Of a DNA stretch of 64,000 nucleotides, positions 24,404-38,147 are shown one piece after another (position 1 is the first letter of the stretch; each line of letters begins with the position of its first letter). This DNA is from Mytilus trossulus (lineage: Eukaryota), in NCBI RefSeq assembly GCF_036588685.1, contig NC_086383.1:54994001-55058000 (forward strand), read 5' to 3'. Position numbers and translations under genes: made by a program. Under the pieces are notes generated by a model that worked only from the letters and a program-made list of their open reading frames with translations, had not been told where the DNA came from and made no database searches.

Positions 24404-27400
24404 ATGGAATATATAAATTTTTTGGAACAAGCAAAACTTTTAGAAAAGATTGACAGAAAGAAAGCAGAACACAAATACAGTGAATTTATTGATTTTGCAA
24501 AACGAGCAAAGCTCGATATTACAACTGAAAACAACCTGTATGTATCTGGTGTTTAACATTAAATGCATAATGGGCTGGTAAAAAAAGGGGGGTGGATAAT
24601 GTATCTCACCAGTATCTGTTTATGTAGCTACATGTACAAGTTAGAAGTATTAAATTGAGAAAAATATTTTCAAATAGGAATTTTAAGAACTATACAGAAA
24701 ATCATTTGAATAAGTGTTGTATACTCCTGACTGATATATATATACAGTGAAATAAAAAAATGTTATACATCATCATCATAGATATAGGAAGATGTGGTGT
24801 GAGTGCCAATGAGACAACTCTCCATCCAAATAACAATTTAAAAATTAAACCATTATAGGTTAAAGTACGGCCTTCAACACGGAGCCTTGGCTCACACCGA
24901 ACAACAAGCTATAAAGGGTCCCAAAATTACTAGTGTAAAACCATTCAAACGGGAAAACCAACGGTCTAATCTATATAAACAAAATGTTTACATTTTATGT
25001 ACATGAAAGAATGAAAAAAATTTGCTTATTTTACTTTTTTAAGTATGTTTTAACTCCTTTTTATGGTACTATTGAATGTACATGATATATATTTTTGGAG
25101 TTTTTAGAACAATTGTTCCAACTTGCACCGACTTGTCCAACTACCATTTTTTTTATATGAATCAATACCAGGTGTGGATCCAGCCATTTTAAAAGGGGGA
25201 TTCCCAACACAGGATTAAGGGGGGAGTTCCCAACACAGGATAAAGGGGGTGGATTCCCAACACAGGATAAGGGGGGGGGGGGGGGGGGGGGTCCAACTAC
25301 ATTGGTGTATATGTCCCCATTCAAATAGATTGATTGGCCAAAAAAAAGGGGGTCCAACGGTTCCAACCCCGGAACCCCTACCCCCCCCCCCCCCCCCCAC
25401 ACACACTTTTTTTTAGTGTTGAACAAATCCTAATCATGATTTGGTTAGTGTATTGCTTTAAATTAATTTTTTTTATGCTGAATACATATGTACATTGAAA
25501 TCTTAAAACAGTTTTGGTTTGTGTATGCAAACAGTTTTGCTATAAATATATTTAAATATATTACTTTCCATTGTGCATGTTGTGTTCAAAGTAAAAAGAC
25601 AATCTGACAACAATCCTTCATAATTATCAAACTCACAACAATTACAGGATTTCCCCTGGGTCAATTATTTTTTTCGCCACCTCTTTCACCATAAAAATAT
25701 ATATTTTTTGCCTCTTTATTATTTTATTTGCCAAGAAACTCAACATATTTTTTTGATTGTCTAAAATTTTCCTTTTTTTAACCCTCTCCACCCAAAAATA
25801 GATGAGTTTGCCCCATTGTTGTCTGTGATTTTTCTCTTAATAAACTTATCTTAGCATGCTAAGTCATGTTAGTCTACATTGTCATGATTGTAATGAATAA
25901 ACACTAAACATGCTAAACATTTACTTTTTAAATAAAACTTTGGGATTTTTTTTAACTAAAAAAGGGGAGGGGGGGGGGGGGGGTGAATTCATTATATTTT
26001 GAACACCTTTCCTAAAAGAGGGGTATACTTACTTTAAATCTGCTGGCTAGTTTATTCATTTTCATTGCTCATAACATTGTTGAAGGCCACATGTAACCAT
26101 TTAGTTTTTAACTTCTACATCCTTTTGTCTCTAGATCTGGTCATCATGGTCATGCTGGTCATTGGCAATCATATCACATCTTTATATTTTTATATGACTA
26201 ATCATGATGATTCACTTACAACTTTTGATTCAGCATTTACAAAGTGATTTATATATTTAGACCCTTCTACAACGAAATTTGTTTTACATGCACATGTATA
26301 AAAATTGCGGTTTTATCCAACACAATCATAGGTTTGAATGTAGTTTTCAATTTAGACTCGTATATAATCTGGTGTACAAAAAAAAATATAAACACCTTAT
26401 GTTTGTGGCATAACATCGTGGCCACAAGTTAATTATTTTCTGTTTAGTATTAAATTTATATTGATTAAGATCCATTTTGTTACATCTTGTCATCAATTTT
26501 AATTGGCAATCGCCAATGGCAGTCAGCAGGGTTAAAGAACATCAGTTGTTCGACCTGTTAGTCAAATGCGTTTTGTTTAAATATACTTCTTCACTTTTTT
26601 GGTCCTTTGGAAAATGTTGTTTGTGCTGAATTTGACCTTTCCACAACGAAATTTGTTTTACATGCACATGTATAAAAATTGCATTTTTTTTCCAACGCAA
26701 TATTATCATAGGTTTGAACGTAGTTTTCAATTTACAGTCGTATAATATAACATGAAATTCCCATAATCTGATAATATGTGTTTTTAGATCAAGGATTTTT
26801 TCAATAACAATGAGGTAACCATTGGGGAATTTGACTAAAAAATTAAGGTGAACTTAAACTTTCTAAATTGAAGCTTATATAGCGCAAAGTCAGAGGCGTA
26901 TTTAGGGGGGGGGGGGGGGGCCCTTTTGAGAAAAAGATTTGCTTGATTATATAGGGAATCACTGAAGAGGCTTGGAAGCGGGCCCCCTCTTTAATCTTGG
27001 GCAGCCAGTAGGCCTCCACTTATAAAAATTTCTACATCCGCCACTGAAAGTAGTGCATTCTAGTGCATTTATGTCGCTCTCTTCACCTGGTGTGTCAACT
27101 ACTGCACCAAATCTATGTAAAATATGATTTGAAATTATTTTAACTATAAAAAAGAAGATGTGGTATGATTCCATGTTACCATGATTACAGATTTGATTCA
27201 CTTTGATTTTTTTCAGGAGATCTTCATTTGCTTCAGCATATAATAATAGAGGATACCTGAGATATTTATCTGTGGATTTTGACCAAGCATCAAATGATTA
27301 TACTTCCTGTTTGACCATTGACCCTAACTTCACTTTTGCCTATTATAATAGGGGAATGATACATTATAGATTAGGTAAGACAGAGTGCAATGTGAATAGG

Positions 27401-28809
27401 TAACAGAAAATTATCACATGGCAATCATGTGACATATATACTTTCTATAACACAAGAATGATACATTGCAACATGGGTAATACTATTTAAGGAATAACAG
27501 TACTGTAGTTGAAGAGTTGCCACCGTCAATTGTAGATTTGACGATCACAAATGCAGTTTTACTGGCGATGCGTAGCGGAGACAGTAAAACAGAGATTTAA
27601 AACCGTCAAATCAAAATCGACAGTGGCAACTCTTCAACTACAGTACTGTTATTCCGATTCTAATGCATTACAAAAAGAAAAAATACAATAAAACTTGAAA
27701 AAATTTCTAAATTTGTCAAATAAATAAAAATCCATGAATCTTCATGAATGATTTTGGCACAAAGACGTCATGGCTAAACGTGACATCATACAAATGAAAA
27801 CTTACAATCTGAAGGTTATGACGTTACTTGTACATGTTGTACGCTTCAAATTCGGATAAAATTACATTAAAACGGCGAATTCGAGGTAGGTGTTGTTTTA
27901 TTTTCGATTATTTAGTAGTAATTGAACATTTGTTGATTCATCAATTCAAAATGGCCGGTCCCTCCTTAGGTAAACCTGGTCAACTGTGGATTTAACGGCA
28001 ACTTTTAGCCAATGAAAATAATTGTTACATCCAAATTGCATTAGAAAGTAATGTAACCATGTGTAAAGGTAACAATTAGTATCACATGACAATCATGTGA
28101 CATACATGTACCTTGTGACATATGTCATGTGTATGTTTTATGGAGGAATGAAACATTACAGACTAGTTTAATACATAACGTGACACGCGAAAAAGTTCCA
28201 TCATTTATTTATATGCTAATGAATTTGAATGATGTACAATCTTCAATATTGAGCAAAATCTCTATGTATTAAGCAGTTTCGGGTGTACACAGTATTTTAT
28301 CAAATTTCCTTAAGGAGCATTCGTTTAATGTACATAACTTTGAGTGGTGGTTATTTTTTTTGTTGGTGAGTAAGAATACTATAGGGCAAAAGTAGGGTAT
28401 TTAAAAAAATATAAATTTAGGATATAATATATATTTGGTCATCATGGTCAACTGCTTGACCAGAATATTTTTTCCATCAATTTGGGGATCAAAATATTTT
28501 TTTAGGGGAAAACAATACCGCCCTTCTTGAATTTATATATGGTTGTTCCCTAACACAAGCATGACAAGAGTAGAAAATAAAAGATTTTTTATCAATATAT
28601 AGTGTTATACCAATTAACTTTCTTGTGTCACTATAAAAATGTTTTTCTTTCTTTTTGTTGCAGGTAGATTTGATGAAGCCATTAAAGACATGACACAGAC
28701 ATTAAAACTGGATCCTTCATTTGAACAGGCCAAGATAGGACTTGATAAATCTATGCATGATAAACAAACATTTGAACAAAGAAGAAAAGAAGGATTTTAT
28801 AACTCCTGA
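24404..28809 (+). CDS. TTC32: Tetratricopeptide repeat protein 32
   Basis: Exons 24404-24537, 27217-27374 and 28664-28809 join in frame. AYNNRG.LRY..VDF..A..DYT, YYNRG.IHYRLG.FDEA..D...LKLDP.F match the TTC32 TPR pattern as I recall it. Confidence 0.9.
27491..28050. mobile_element. Hairpin-bearing non-autonomous element in TTC32 intron 2
   Basis: ggaataacagtactgtagttgaagagttgccac...gtggcaactcttcaactacagtactgttattcc inverted repeat (27491-27655). The sequence flanking the element is duplicated (atcacatggcaatcatgtgacata at 27413 and 28081). Confidence 0.65.
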
Positions 28810-29325
28810 TTTTAAATGCTGTGTTACATTTATTGTGCCTGATTTTTACAGCTAATTTCCAAATGCATGTAGAGGAAGACTTTGGTTAGCTTGCTTACTT
28901 AGTTTGTATATTGTACAATTATATTGGGTTAATGTTCAATTAGATTTTAATATGATATATATAGGTTTAACTATGTCATTTATATTGTTTGCAGATGTCA
29001 ATCTTAATTACAAAGCTTTAATAAACAAATATACAAACAAAGCAACCAAAGTTTTACTCTACAAGCATTAGGAAATTAGCTGTAAACTGTGTTAACGTTA
29101 ACTGTTTGTTAATGGATGAATTTTATGTACTCTGTGTTAATTATTAACTTTGTTACATACTATTAACAGATGTTTTATATACATTAAAATCATTTATAAT
29201 CATGAAGTATGTCTGTATCTGACACTATGCTGAAACTCTGAAAACTTTCCCACTTTTTTGTGATATCCTCATTGAGAGATATTGACCTTTATGGTATTCT
29301 AATATTAAGACGTAAATCATTTTAA

Positions 29326-29918
29326 GGTGGTATGGGAGTCTAAAATAAAAATGATAGAATTTGTTCATACTTTGTCAAAATGTAGTATCTATAGATACAT
29401 GTTCTAAAATATTATATAAATGATAGGTCACCGCGCATTTTCTCAAGCTACAGGTTGTGACAAAATGACAAATTTTGTATGGATTATACAGGAAAAAACA
29501 CCATTTTGTGAATAGAAACTAAACAAAATGATAGAATTGTAAAATAATTTAGGAAAATGTTGCTTTCAGACAATGCTTTGAGAATATCAAAAGAAAAGAT
29601 AGGGTGACCGTATGTTTTTTCCGGCTAAAAGACAAAATAGGAAAATTTTCATGTAGAGTCCTTCAGAAAATGCACTGGTTTAGAGTTACCTCCCCTTAAA
29701 TTGCCAATTTGAAAATATTCAAAAACAACCAAAAAGAATCTTCACTTGTAGAAATAATAATATTTTAAAATTATGTTCTTATAAATTAGTTCTTTGAAAT
29801 GAAATTTCACATTCAATATCTGCATTCCTGCAATAAATTTTGCTAACTTGATAGAAAATATGGACCTTAGTTTCTCTGTTTTTTACAATCCAAGATGGCG
29901 AAAGACACCCATACCACC
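29326..29918. mobile_element. Kolobok-like non-autonomous DNA transposon
   Basis: TTAA|GGTGGTATGGGAGTCT ... AGACACCCATACCACC|TTAA. Confidence 0.8.
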
Positions 29919-29992
29919 TTAAAAGGTAGTCAGAGGAAAATAAAATACTATATATATTATACTCAATGAAAAATAAAGAATGTACATTAGTT

Positions 29993-31087
29993 TTAGCAAA
30001 ATAAGCTTTTAGCTGCATGTCTAAATTTCTTGTCAAAAAATCCATAGACAAACGGATTGACAATATTATTGACTGTCACCAGTTGATCCATGAATCTAAA
30101 TGCACTCGCCTCCGCCTCGGTTTGTTTTGTCCAGAAATAGCGATCGTTGACCATCAAGAATAGGAAAGCTATCTGAATTATGTATGATATAATGAATGCA
30201 ATGCTGATTACCATTATCATCAAGGAAAAATTCCTAGATGCAGACATGTGATCTTTTCCTTCCCGCGTATTTGTTAGATCCTTATTTGATTGGTTGGTCG
30301 ATTTTGCATGGTTTGTGGTCCTATCGTCTGCGAGATTTGTTAATGTTTCATTGGTCGATCCCTCTGATTCGTTGATATTTGAATTATAAAATGTTGCAGT
30401 TGAATTTTGGGTCGATGATTTTGCCTTTCTTTTCTTTTCGTTTCTTAAAACAGTAAACATTCGCTGTGCAATTAAAGAATTAAGAATGATCAGTTCCATC
30501 ATCACAGCTACTATTACGATTGCTGGATACAGTATAAACGAGAGAAATGAATCACTATCAATAACATTAGCTGCACATATAAACCCAGTGATATTCAAAG
30601 ATTGGTTTGGTATTTCGAGTGTTTCATCAAACATCACAAATGGCGCAGCAATAGAAAATGATAGTATGAAAATGACAAAAAGACATATACGTCTAGGTTT
30701 AAGAGTTAACTGTGATCCAAATGGTCGACACACTTTCAAATATCTTTGAAATGTTAAAAGACCAAGCAGGAATATTGACAAAAAACTGAACAAATCGAAG
30801 AAAAACCAAATTATTTGACAGGCAAGTAAAAACGTATACTTTACCGGCATTAAGTTTTTCCAGAGATCGAACGGTGACCTTATGACACATGCCATCAAAT
30901 CCACGAACGCTAGTATAGGGATGAAATATTTGCTTTCATTCTCTTTTGTGAGTTTGAATTTGTATACGATCAGTACTACTAAGTTGCCGATTATAAAATA
31001 TATAACCAGAAATATATTGTGAGCTATATATTTGTTTGCTTCTTCGCTGTTCCATTTATCAAGTCTCTCTTCTACTGAGAAATTCAT
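29993..31087 (-). CDS. Class A (rhodopsin-like) GPCR, orphan peptide-receptor-like, single coding exon
   Basis: Seven hydrophobic segments, TM1 GN, TM2 LAFVD, TM3 QRY..VCRPF and TM7 NPFVY..F. The likely start is MNFS at 31087, after an acceptor near 31107; a candidate 5'UTR donor lies near 31568. Confidence 0.92.
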   Translation of the reverse strand: MNFSVEERLDKWNSEEANKYIAHNIFLVIYFIIGNLVVLIVYKFKLTKENESKYFIPILAFVDLMACVIRSPFDLWKNLMPVKYTFLLACQIIWFFFDLFSFLSIFLLGLLTFQRYLKVCRPFGSQLTLKPRRICLFVIFILSFSIAAPFVMFDETLEIPNQSLNITGFICAANVIDSDSFLSFILYPAIVIVAVMMELIILNSLIAQRMFTVLRNEKKRKAKSSTQNSTATFYNSNINESEGSTNETLTNLADDRTTNHAKSTNQSNKDLTNTREGKDHMSASRNFSLMIMVISIAFIISYIIQIAFLFLMVNDRYFWTKQTEAEASAFRFMDQLVTVNNIVNPFVYGFFDKKFRHAAKSLFC

Positions 31088-31134
31088 TCTGACTGCGACT
31101 AACTTCTGAAAGAAACACAACATTTGTCAGAAGA

Positions 31135-31414
31135 TTACAGCCGATTTCATTGAGTGTGTAGGCAAAGGTAATATCTTTGGTTAGTTTGCTTGCTAACTCA
31201 GTAACTGAACCGTGAAGTCGTTGTTAGGTAAGATATACTACCCTCTTTTCGAAGTAGCATAGTCCTACAGACAGATAGGTTGATTATATGTCGGACTAGT
31301 CAACACTTAAAGGAGGGTAGTTTACCTAACCTAACAATGGCTTCATGGTTTAGCTAGCAAGCAAGGTAAGAAAATATATTACCTTTACCTACATAATCGT
31401 TCAAATCGGCTGTA
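31135..31414. mobile_element. Fold-back MITE upstream of the GPCR coding exon
   Basis: ttacagccgattt...aaatcggctgtaa terminal inverted repeats; paralog at 323-565. Confidence 0.75.
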
Positions 31415-32215
31415 AGTTGTTATGTATACTTCACACTAAAAACCTGACTTTGTAATAAATTGTTTAATAATTATTACTTATTTTTTGCAAACAGTAAATG
31501 CTAACTTGAAAAAGAGAAAAATTTGTAATAATAGAATATGTATCAAAATGTAAATTTATTGTACTTACCCTTCCGGAGCAACTAGAAATAGTCCGGGTTT
31601 CTGAAGTGTTTTGTGTTACTTAGTCTTTAGAATCATATGTAGTGAATTTGACCTTGTCAGTAATTACAACGTTTTTCGTTGTTTGAATTGAACACACTTT
31701 AAGTTTATCTCGAACAAGCGTCTTTAATGTTATTGTTTGTTTTATCTTCCGCTCTTTTTTTAATAAAACAAGCGAGCGAAAGTAGTAACACAATTCTTAA
31801 AAACTGACATTTGTTTCCAATGTTTATCCCAGAAAAAAGTGTTAATCAATCACATAAGTATAAAGTTTTTTCTGTCAAATTGGTTGTAATAATTATTCAT
31901 ATACATCCTGTTTCAGAGGAAAGTAAATCCAATATTTCGCCCATTACCGGGTGTAGCAAATGTTATTGTTTTCTTATATTGAATTTCACTCTTCCTTGAT
32001 GAAAAGTGTCATTAATGTATAAATTTTCTTTTATATTTATTTTTAGCTAACTTATCGTGAAAAAAATCACGTCCTAATAAATGGAAACAAAATGTTGATA
32101 ATATATATGTATTTTTAGTCTGAACAAAATGGGAGTTTCTTGTTAATGCGAACATGCTAACATCCTAGTCATACATATTGCAGGATCCTTGATTATTTAT
32201 CCGATATTTATAAAA

Positions 32216-32636
32216 TAAGGCGGAGTATTTAGGCGATTATTTGCTCGGAAGGCGTAGAAATCGAGAATTTGCTCGAAAGGCTGAATATTCGCTCGAAAGG
32301 CGGAGTAATCGAGTACTCGCTCGGAAGGCTGAGTACTCGAGTAATAGCTCGAAAGGCTGAGTACTCTAGTATTCGCTCGGAAGGCGGAGTAATAAAGTAT
32401 TCGCTCGGAAGGCGGATTAATAAAGTATTCGCTCAGAAGGCTGAGTATTTGCTCGGAAGGCGGAGTAATCGAGTATTTGCTCGAAAGGCTGATTATTCGC
32501 TCGAGAGACAGAGCACTCTAGTATTCGCTCAAAAGACAGAGTAATCGAGTATTATCTCGGAAGGCGGAGTAATCGAGTATTCGCTTGGAAGACGGAGTAA
32601 TCGAGTATTCGCTCAAAAGGCGGATTAATCGAGTAC
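32216..32636. repeat. ~29-bp minisatellite (gctcggaaggcggagtaatcgagtattc)
   Basis: Degenerate tandem units of 20-29 nt. Confidence 0.9.
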
Positions 32637-33063
32637 AGTTTTAATTCTTTGATAATCGTTTGACTTTTAAACTATCATGAGACATTTTCATTTGTATCTA
32701 AAGAAATCTGAACAAGAGCAAAAGCTAAGTGCCATGAAAGGAACCCTGCGAAACTGACTATGGACTTTGAAACGGTTTTTGTATCAACCAAATTTGAAAT
32801 ATTCAGAGAAAGCGGAGATTGACGTTTAATGAATAATGCCAGCTTCTTTTCTCGAAAACTTCTCATTTCAAAAATAAAAGAAAGAGGGACTTGTTTGCTT
32901 TACCTTTAGTACTACAGATGTTTTTATGGAGAAACATGTCCTTCAATCAGTAGCTACATGTATATATGTTGGTTTTTTTTTAAAATCATGCATTTCTTTA
33001 AATCTTTCATGGAATCAGACGAGATTTGAAAAAGCATCATAATGATTTGTCCATTACTAAAAA

Positions 33064-34872
33064 AACTAGAGGCTCCAAAGAGCCTGTGTCGCTCACCTTG
33101 GTCTATGTGAATATTAAACAAAGGAAGCAGATGGATTCATGACAAAATTGTGTTTTGGTGATGGTGATGTGTTTGTAAATCTTACTTTACTAGTCTTGCT
33201 GCTTACATTTATCTCTATCTATAATGAACTTGGCCCAGTAGTTTCAGTGGAAAATGTTAATAAAAATTTACAAATTTTATGAAAATTGTTAAAAATTGAC
33301 TATAAAGGACAATAACTCCTTAGGGGGTCAATTGACCATTTCGGTTATGTTGACTCATTTGTAAATCTTACTTTGCTGAACATAATTGCTGTTTACAGTT
33401 TATCTCTATCTATAATAAAATTTAAGATAATAACCAAAAACAACAAAATTTCCTTAAAATTACCGATTCAGGGGCAGCAACCCAACAATGGGTTGTCAGA
33501 TTCATCTGAAAATTATAGAGCAGATAGATCTTGATCTGATTAATAATTTTACCCCGCGTTGGATTTGCTCTAAATGCTTTGGTTTTTGAGTTATAAGCCA
33601 AAAACTGCATTTTACCTCTATGTTCTATTTTTAGCTGTGGCGGCCATCTTGATTTGATAGTCGGGTCACCGGACACATTTTTAAAACTAGATACCCCAAA
33701 GATGATTATTGCCAAGTCTGGATTAATTTGGCCCAGTAGTTTCAGAGGAGAAGATTGTTGTAAAAGATAACTAAGATTTACGAAAAATGGTTAAAAATTG
33801 ACTATAAAGGGCAATAACTCCTAAACGGGTCAACTGACCATTTCGGTCATGTTGACTTATTTGTAAATCCTACTTTGCTTAACATTATTGCTGTTTACAG
33901 TTTATCTCTATCTATAATAATATTCAAGATAATAACCAAAAACTGCAAAATTTCCTTAAAATTACCGATTCAGGGGCAGCAACCCAACAATGGGTTGTCA
34001 GATTCATCTGAAAATTATAGAGCAGATAGATCTTGATCTGATTAATAATTTTACCCCATGTTGGATTTGCTCTAAATGCTTTGGTTTTTGAGTTATAAGC
34101 CAAAAACTGCATTTTACCCCTATGTTCTATTTTTAGCTGTGGCAGCCATCTTGATTTGATAGTCGGGTCACCGGACACATTTTTAAAACTAGATACCCCA
34201 AAGATGATTATTGCCAAGTCTGGATTAATTTGGCCCAGTAGTTTCAGAGGAGAAGATTGTTGTAAAAGATAACTAAGATTTACGAAAAATGGTTAAAAAT
34301 TGACTATAAAGGGCAATAACTCCTAAACGGGTCAACTGACCATTTCGGTCATGTTGACTTATTTGTAAATCCTACTTTGCTTAACATTATTGCTGTTTAC
34401 AGTTTATCTCTATCTATAATAATATTCAAGATAATAACCAAAAACTGCAAAATTTCCACAAAATTACCAATTCAGGGGCAGCAACCCAACAACGGGTTGA
34501 CCGATTCATCTGAAAATATCAGGGCAGATAGATCTTGACCTGATAAACATTTTTACCCCATGTCAGATTTCCTCTAAATGCTTTGGTTTTTGAGTTATAA
34601 GCCAAAAACTGCATTTTACCCCTATGTTCTATTTTTAGCCGTGGCGGCCATCTTGGTTGGTTGACCGGGTCACGCCACACATTTTTTAAACTAGATACCC
34701 CAATGATGATTGTGGCCAAGTTTGGTTCAATTTGGCCCAGTAGTTTCAGAGGAGAAGATTTTTGTAAAAGTTAACAACGACGACGGACGACGGACGACAG
34801 ACGACGGACGACGGACGCCGGACGCAAAGTGATGGGAAAAGCTCACTTGGACCTTCGGGCCAGGTGAGCTAA
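33064..34872. mobile_element. Helentron-associated non-autonomous element (pearl/DTC84-like architecture) with ~500-bp internal tandem repeats
   Basis: 5' gctcacct motif and terminal hairpin agctcacttgg...caggtgagct, a (gacg/gac)n microsatellite at 34778-34824, and ttggcccagtagtttcag recurring at 33230, 33728, 34230 and 34732. Confidence 0.8.
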
Positions 34873-35760
34873 AAAGATATTTGCATTTGCGTTTTTCATC
34901 TTCTCTAAAGATTTAATACAGTAAAATCTGGCTAAACCGAAAACCGGTCTAAACCAAACATATTCTAGAGCACCATAATATCAAATGTTATATATATGCG
35001 TTGTGAACCTGTTGAACTCGAACATCGGCTAAAATCGAACAAAATCTTAAGTCCAAAAGAGGTTCGGTTCCAATAGGTTTCACTGAACTACCTTTGAGTT
35101 CCCCCTTTTAGTCTTTAAATTTGCACCAAAGGTTCCAAAATATTCTATTGAAACCCTCCCAAAAAAAATTAATGGTGCTTTGAAATACTCAAGATATATG
35201 TTTATGACCCAAATCTTTTTTCTGCAATACAATGTTCCAGGTCGTATGAATAATTAAATATAATTTCGGTAATTTCTATTTAAATATTAATGCGGAAAAG
35301 TGAGATCTATATCGGGTTAGTGACTGTATATGACATAGAAATATGAAATCAACGCATTTTGACTGGTCAATTTACAAAGGATCGTCAAATAGAACGAGTG
35401 CAGTATATATAAATAAATATATATACATGTATACTAGTAGGCACATAGAGTATGTAAATCACAGAATCTCTGCACAGAGATTTTTCGATAGATGATAAAA
35501 GTCGATGTAGATTATTTGAAAAGAGGATTCGATATGCATTTGGCAGACTAATTAATATATCAATTTGCGTAGCAAGTCGAATAATTGAGAACCCTCAGTG
35601 GCGGATTCAAAAGGAACTCCGCGGGGATTAATTGCAACCCATTTTTTTTTTACAGTAAATGCTGTTGTCTTGAATGGAACATATGGTTGGGGCCCCCTTT
35701 ATCATAAGTTCAATGAAGGATACAAAACTTAATTCATATAGTTTTCACACTGACCCCTTA

Positions 35761-38147
35761 CACTCTAAAAATTGTGTTTAGAGCCTTAACACTTTCCTAA
35801 ACACATTTGTGAAACCGATTTTTGACATGTTTCAAATCTAAACATGTTTAATATTTAATGTGCTTACAGCCTAAACGTGTCAAGCTTTAACGTGCTTAGA
35901 CCGTGAACATGTTATGATGTAAAGTGCTTAGACTGTAAACCTGTTTAGATGTAAAGTGCTTAGATTTGAAACATGTTTTGCTAAAAAGTGCTTAGACTGT
36001 GAACATGTTTAGTTGTGAAGTGTTGTATCTGGAAACATGTTTAGCTCTGAAGTGTTTTGTCAAGAAACACGTTTAGTTGTGAATTGTTTTGAATGTAAAC
36101 ATGTTTAGACTATAAAGGGTCGTGAAGAAACATGTTTATCGTTTAAGTGCGATAAGCGGTTACTTCATTAGACCCCAAATAAACTAATATTCCGGAAGGC
36201 TAGACTGTAAAACGTATGATAGCTCTCAATACTACATGTTTTCAAACCATCACAAAAGAAGCATAACGCATCAAACTAAGAAACTGGAATTTTCAAATCA
36301 AATTGATTGTGACTAAAACCTTTTCAATCTGAATGAGTAATTTCTTTAATTCAATTGTCGACATTCGAATATTGCATTTTTTCTTCATTTCAAATATTCA
36401 TTAAACAGTCTAGAACTTTTGGAATGAAATTATCATTATACTAATTCTAGGATTAAAAACAAAATTACAACATATGAAACAAAGGAATTTATGTATTTTT
36501 TTATTTCCAGTTAATCATTGAACACAATCAAATATAAAATCATAAATTCATATCAACGTTCATATACATAATATTGACCAATCAAATCAATTTGAATATG
36601 TCCTGTTTTCATTTTACAAGTCAATAAGAACTTCTCCTTTCTTTGTACCCAAATGATGGTCACTGGCCTGAAAGATAGAAATATATTGATAAGCAACTAA
36701 GTAGAATTAATCTAAAACTATAAGTATACGAACTAAAACACCAAAAAGTAAATGCATGATTTAAGATCAAGATAACAATATTAGAATCGTGGTATGAAAG
36801 CATAAATGTACTGATTAGACAATTGATATTTTTAATTTAAAACTTCTTTTCATGCTAAATATTCATTTAATCAAATATATATTGAAATTTTTAAAATAAA
36901 ACACACTTCGGATTCTTACCTAGCAATATAGTTGCTACTGTGCATTATTTCCCCTTTTAGCATTTCAAGACAAATGTTTTCCTCTGCACTCCTCTCATCT
37001 AGAATAAAACAATACATATCAATAAAAATTATAAGAAAGCACAAGCGCTTATAACTATTGAAGAAAAACAAGCATCTTTTTAATCATTTTGAGCAAATGT
37101 TGATTGTGCATTTAGAAAGTGCTTACTAAAACAATGACCTCGATATGACACTGGTTTTGCGAATGATGCACTCGGCATATTCCGCTTCCCTTCATGTTAC
37201 ATTAAAATCTGCCGAGGAGTATACCAAATGAAAATTGTCCTCACAAACTCCTTTCCAAGAATATATACATATAAAATAATAAGTGCTAGCTTGCATGATA
37301 GTACATTAAACAACTCTTATCTATCACAAGATAGTTTGAACACCAAAAGCTATTACAAGCACTTGTTTCAGGGGATGGTTTCCCTTTTTCTTCTCCTGCA
37401 TTGACTATACGGTAGTGTACTTGTAAATAATACTGAGGGCCCTCATGGGGTTTTTGATTATGTGATTACTTGGCCGTTTTTTTAATGATTATTTGATTAT
37501 TAAGCCAAATATTTCATGATTATTTGATTACCTAGGACTGTATTTTTAGTTTATGATTATTTGATTACTAAAGATAAGCAAATATTTAATGATTATGTGA
37601 TTATATTGGCAAAAAAATGGTGATTATGTGATTACTAGGACCCCCCCCCCCCCCCATTGAGGGGCCTCAATACTTATAACTGTCAATAATCATTTAAAAT
37701 TGGCAGTACAAAATAAAAATCAGTATAATTATAACTTCTTACCTTTCTGAATCAGTTAAGTTACGAATCAGTTATGGTCAGAAGTAAACAGCGTGGCCAT
37801 TGACTTCGGGTTCTTTGTTCCTTCTTAATTCCCGCTCAAAAATTAGCACGTGGTATGCATGCCGTCTTCGGCCTAAATGTGTTGTAATTCTAAACGTGTT
37901 TAGGAAAGTGTCTAAATATTGGAAGTGCTTAGAATTTAAACACGTTTAGCTTCATATACTTGACGATGTAGCTAAACATGTTTAGCACAACAACATGTTT
38001 ATTGCGAAGTGCTGAGAGCCTAAACATGTTTAGTGCGAAGTGCTGAGAGCCAAAACATGTTTAGTTTTTAATGCTTAGAAATTAAACACTTTCCTAAACA
38101 CATAAGTCTTGCAACACATTTAAATTCTAAGCACTATTTTTACAGTG
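35761..38147. mobile_element. CACTA/EnSpm-like non-autonomous transposon, 2.4 kb
   Basis: TA|CACTCTAAAAATTGTGTTTAG ... CTAAGCACTATTTTTACAGTG|TA. Many subterminal aaacatgttt repeats at both ends; no transposase ORF. Confidence 0.78.
37435..37668. mobile_element. Nested MITE with GAG termini and 6-bp TSD
   Basis: aatact|gagggccctcatgggg...ccccattgaggggcctc|aatact; internal tgattat repeats. Confidence 0.75.

Noticed and set aside
26258-26745. ~110-bp direct repeat in TTC32 intron 1 (26258-26365 vs 26633-26745)
   Set aside because: The duplication is real, but it has no TG..CA ends, splice signals or ORF, so it is not an LTR or exon.
33422-34719. Three similar 66-97-aa minus-strand ORFs
   Set aside because: They are copies of the 500-bp internal repeat of a non-autonomous element, with no recognisable domain.
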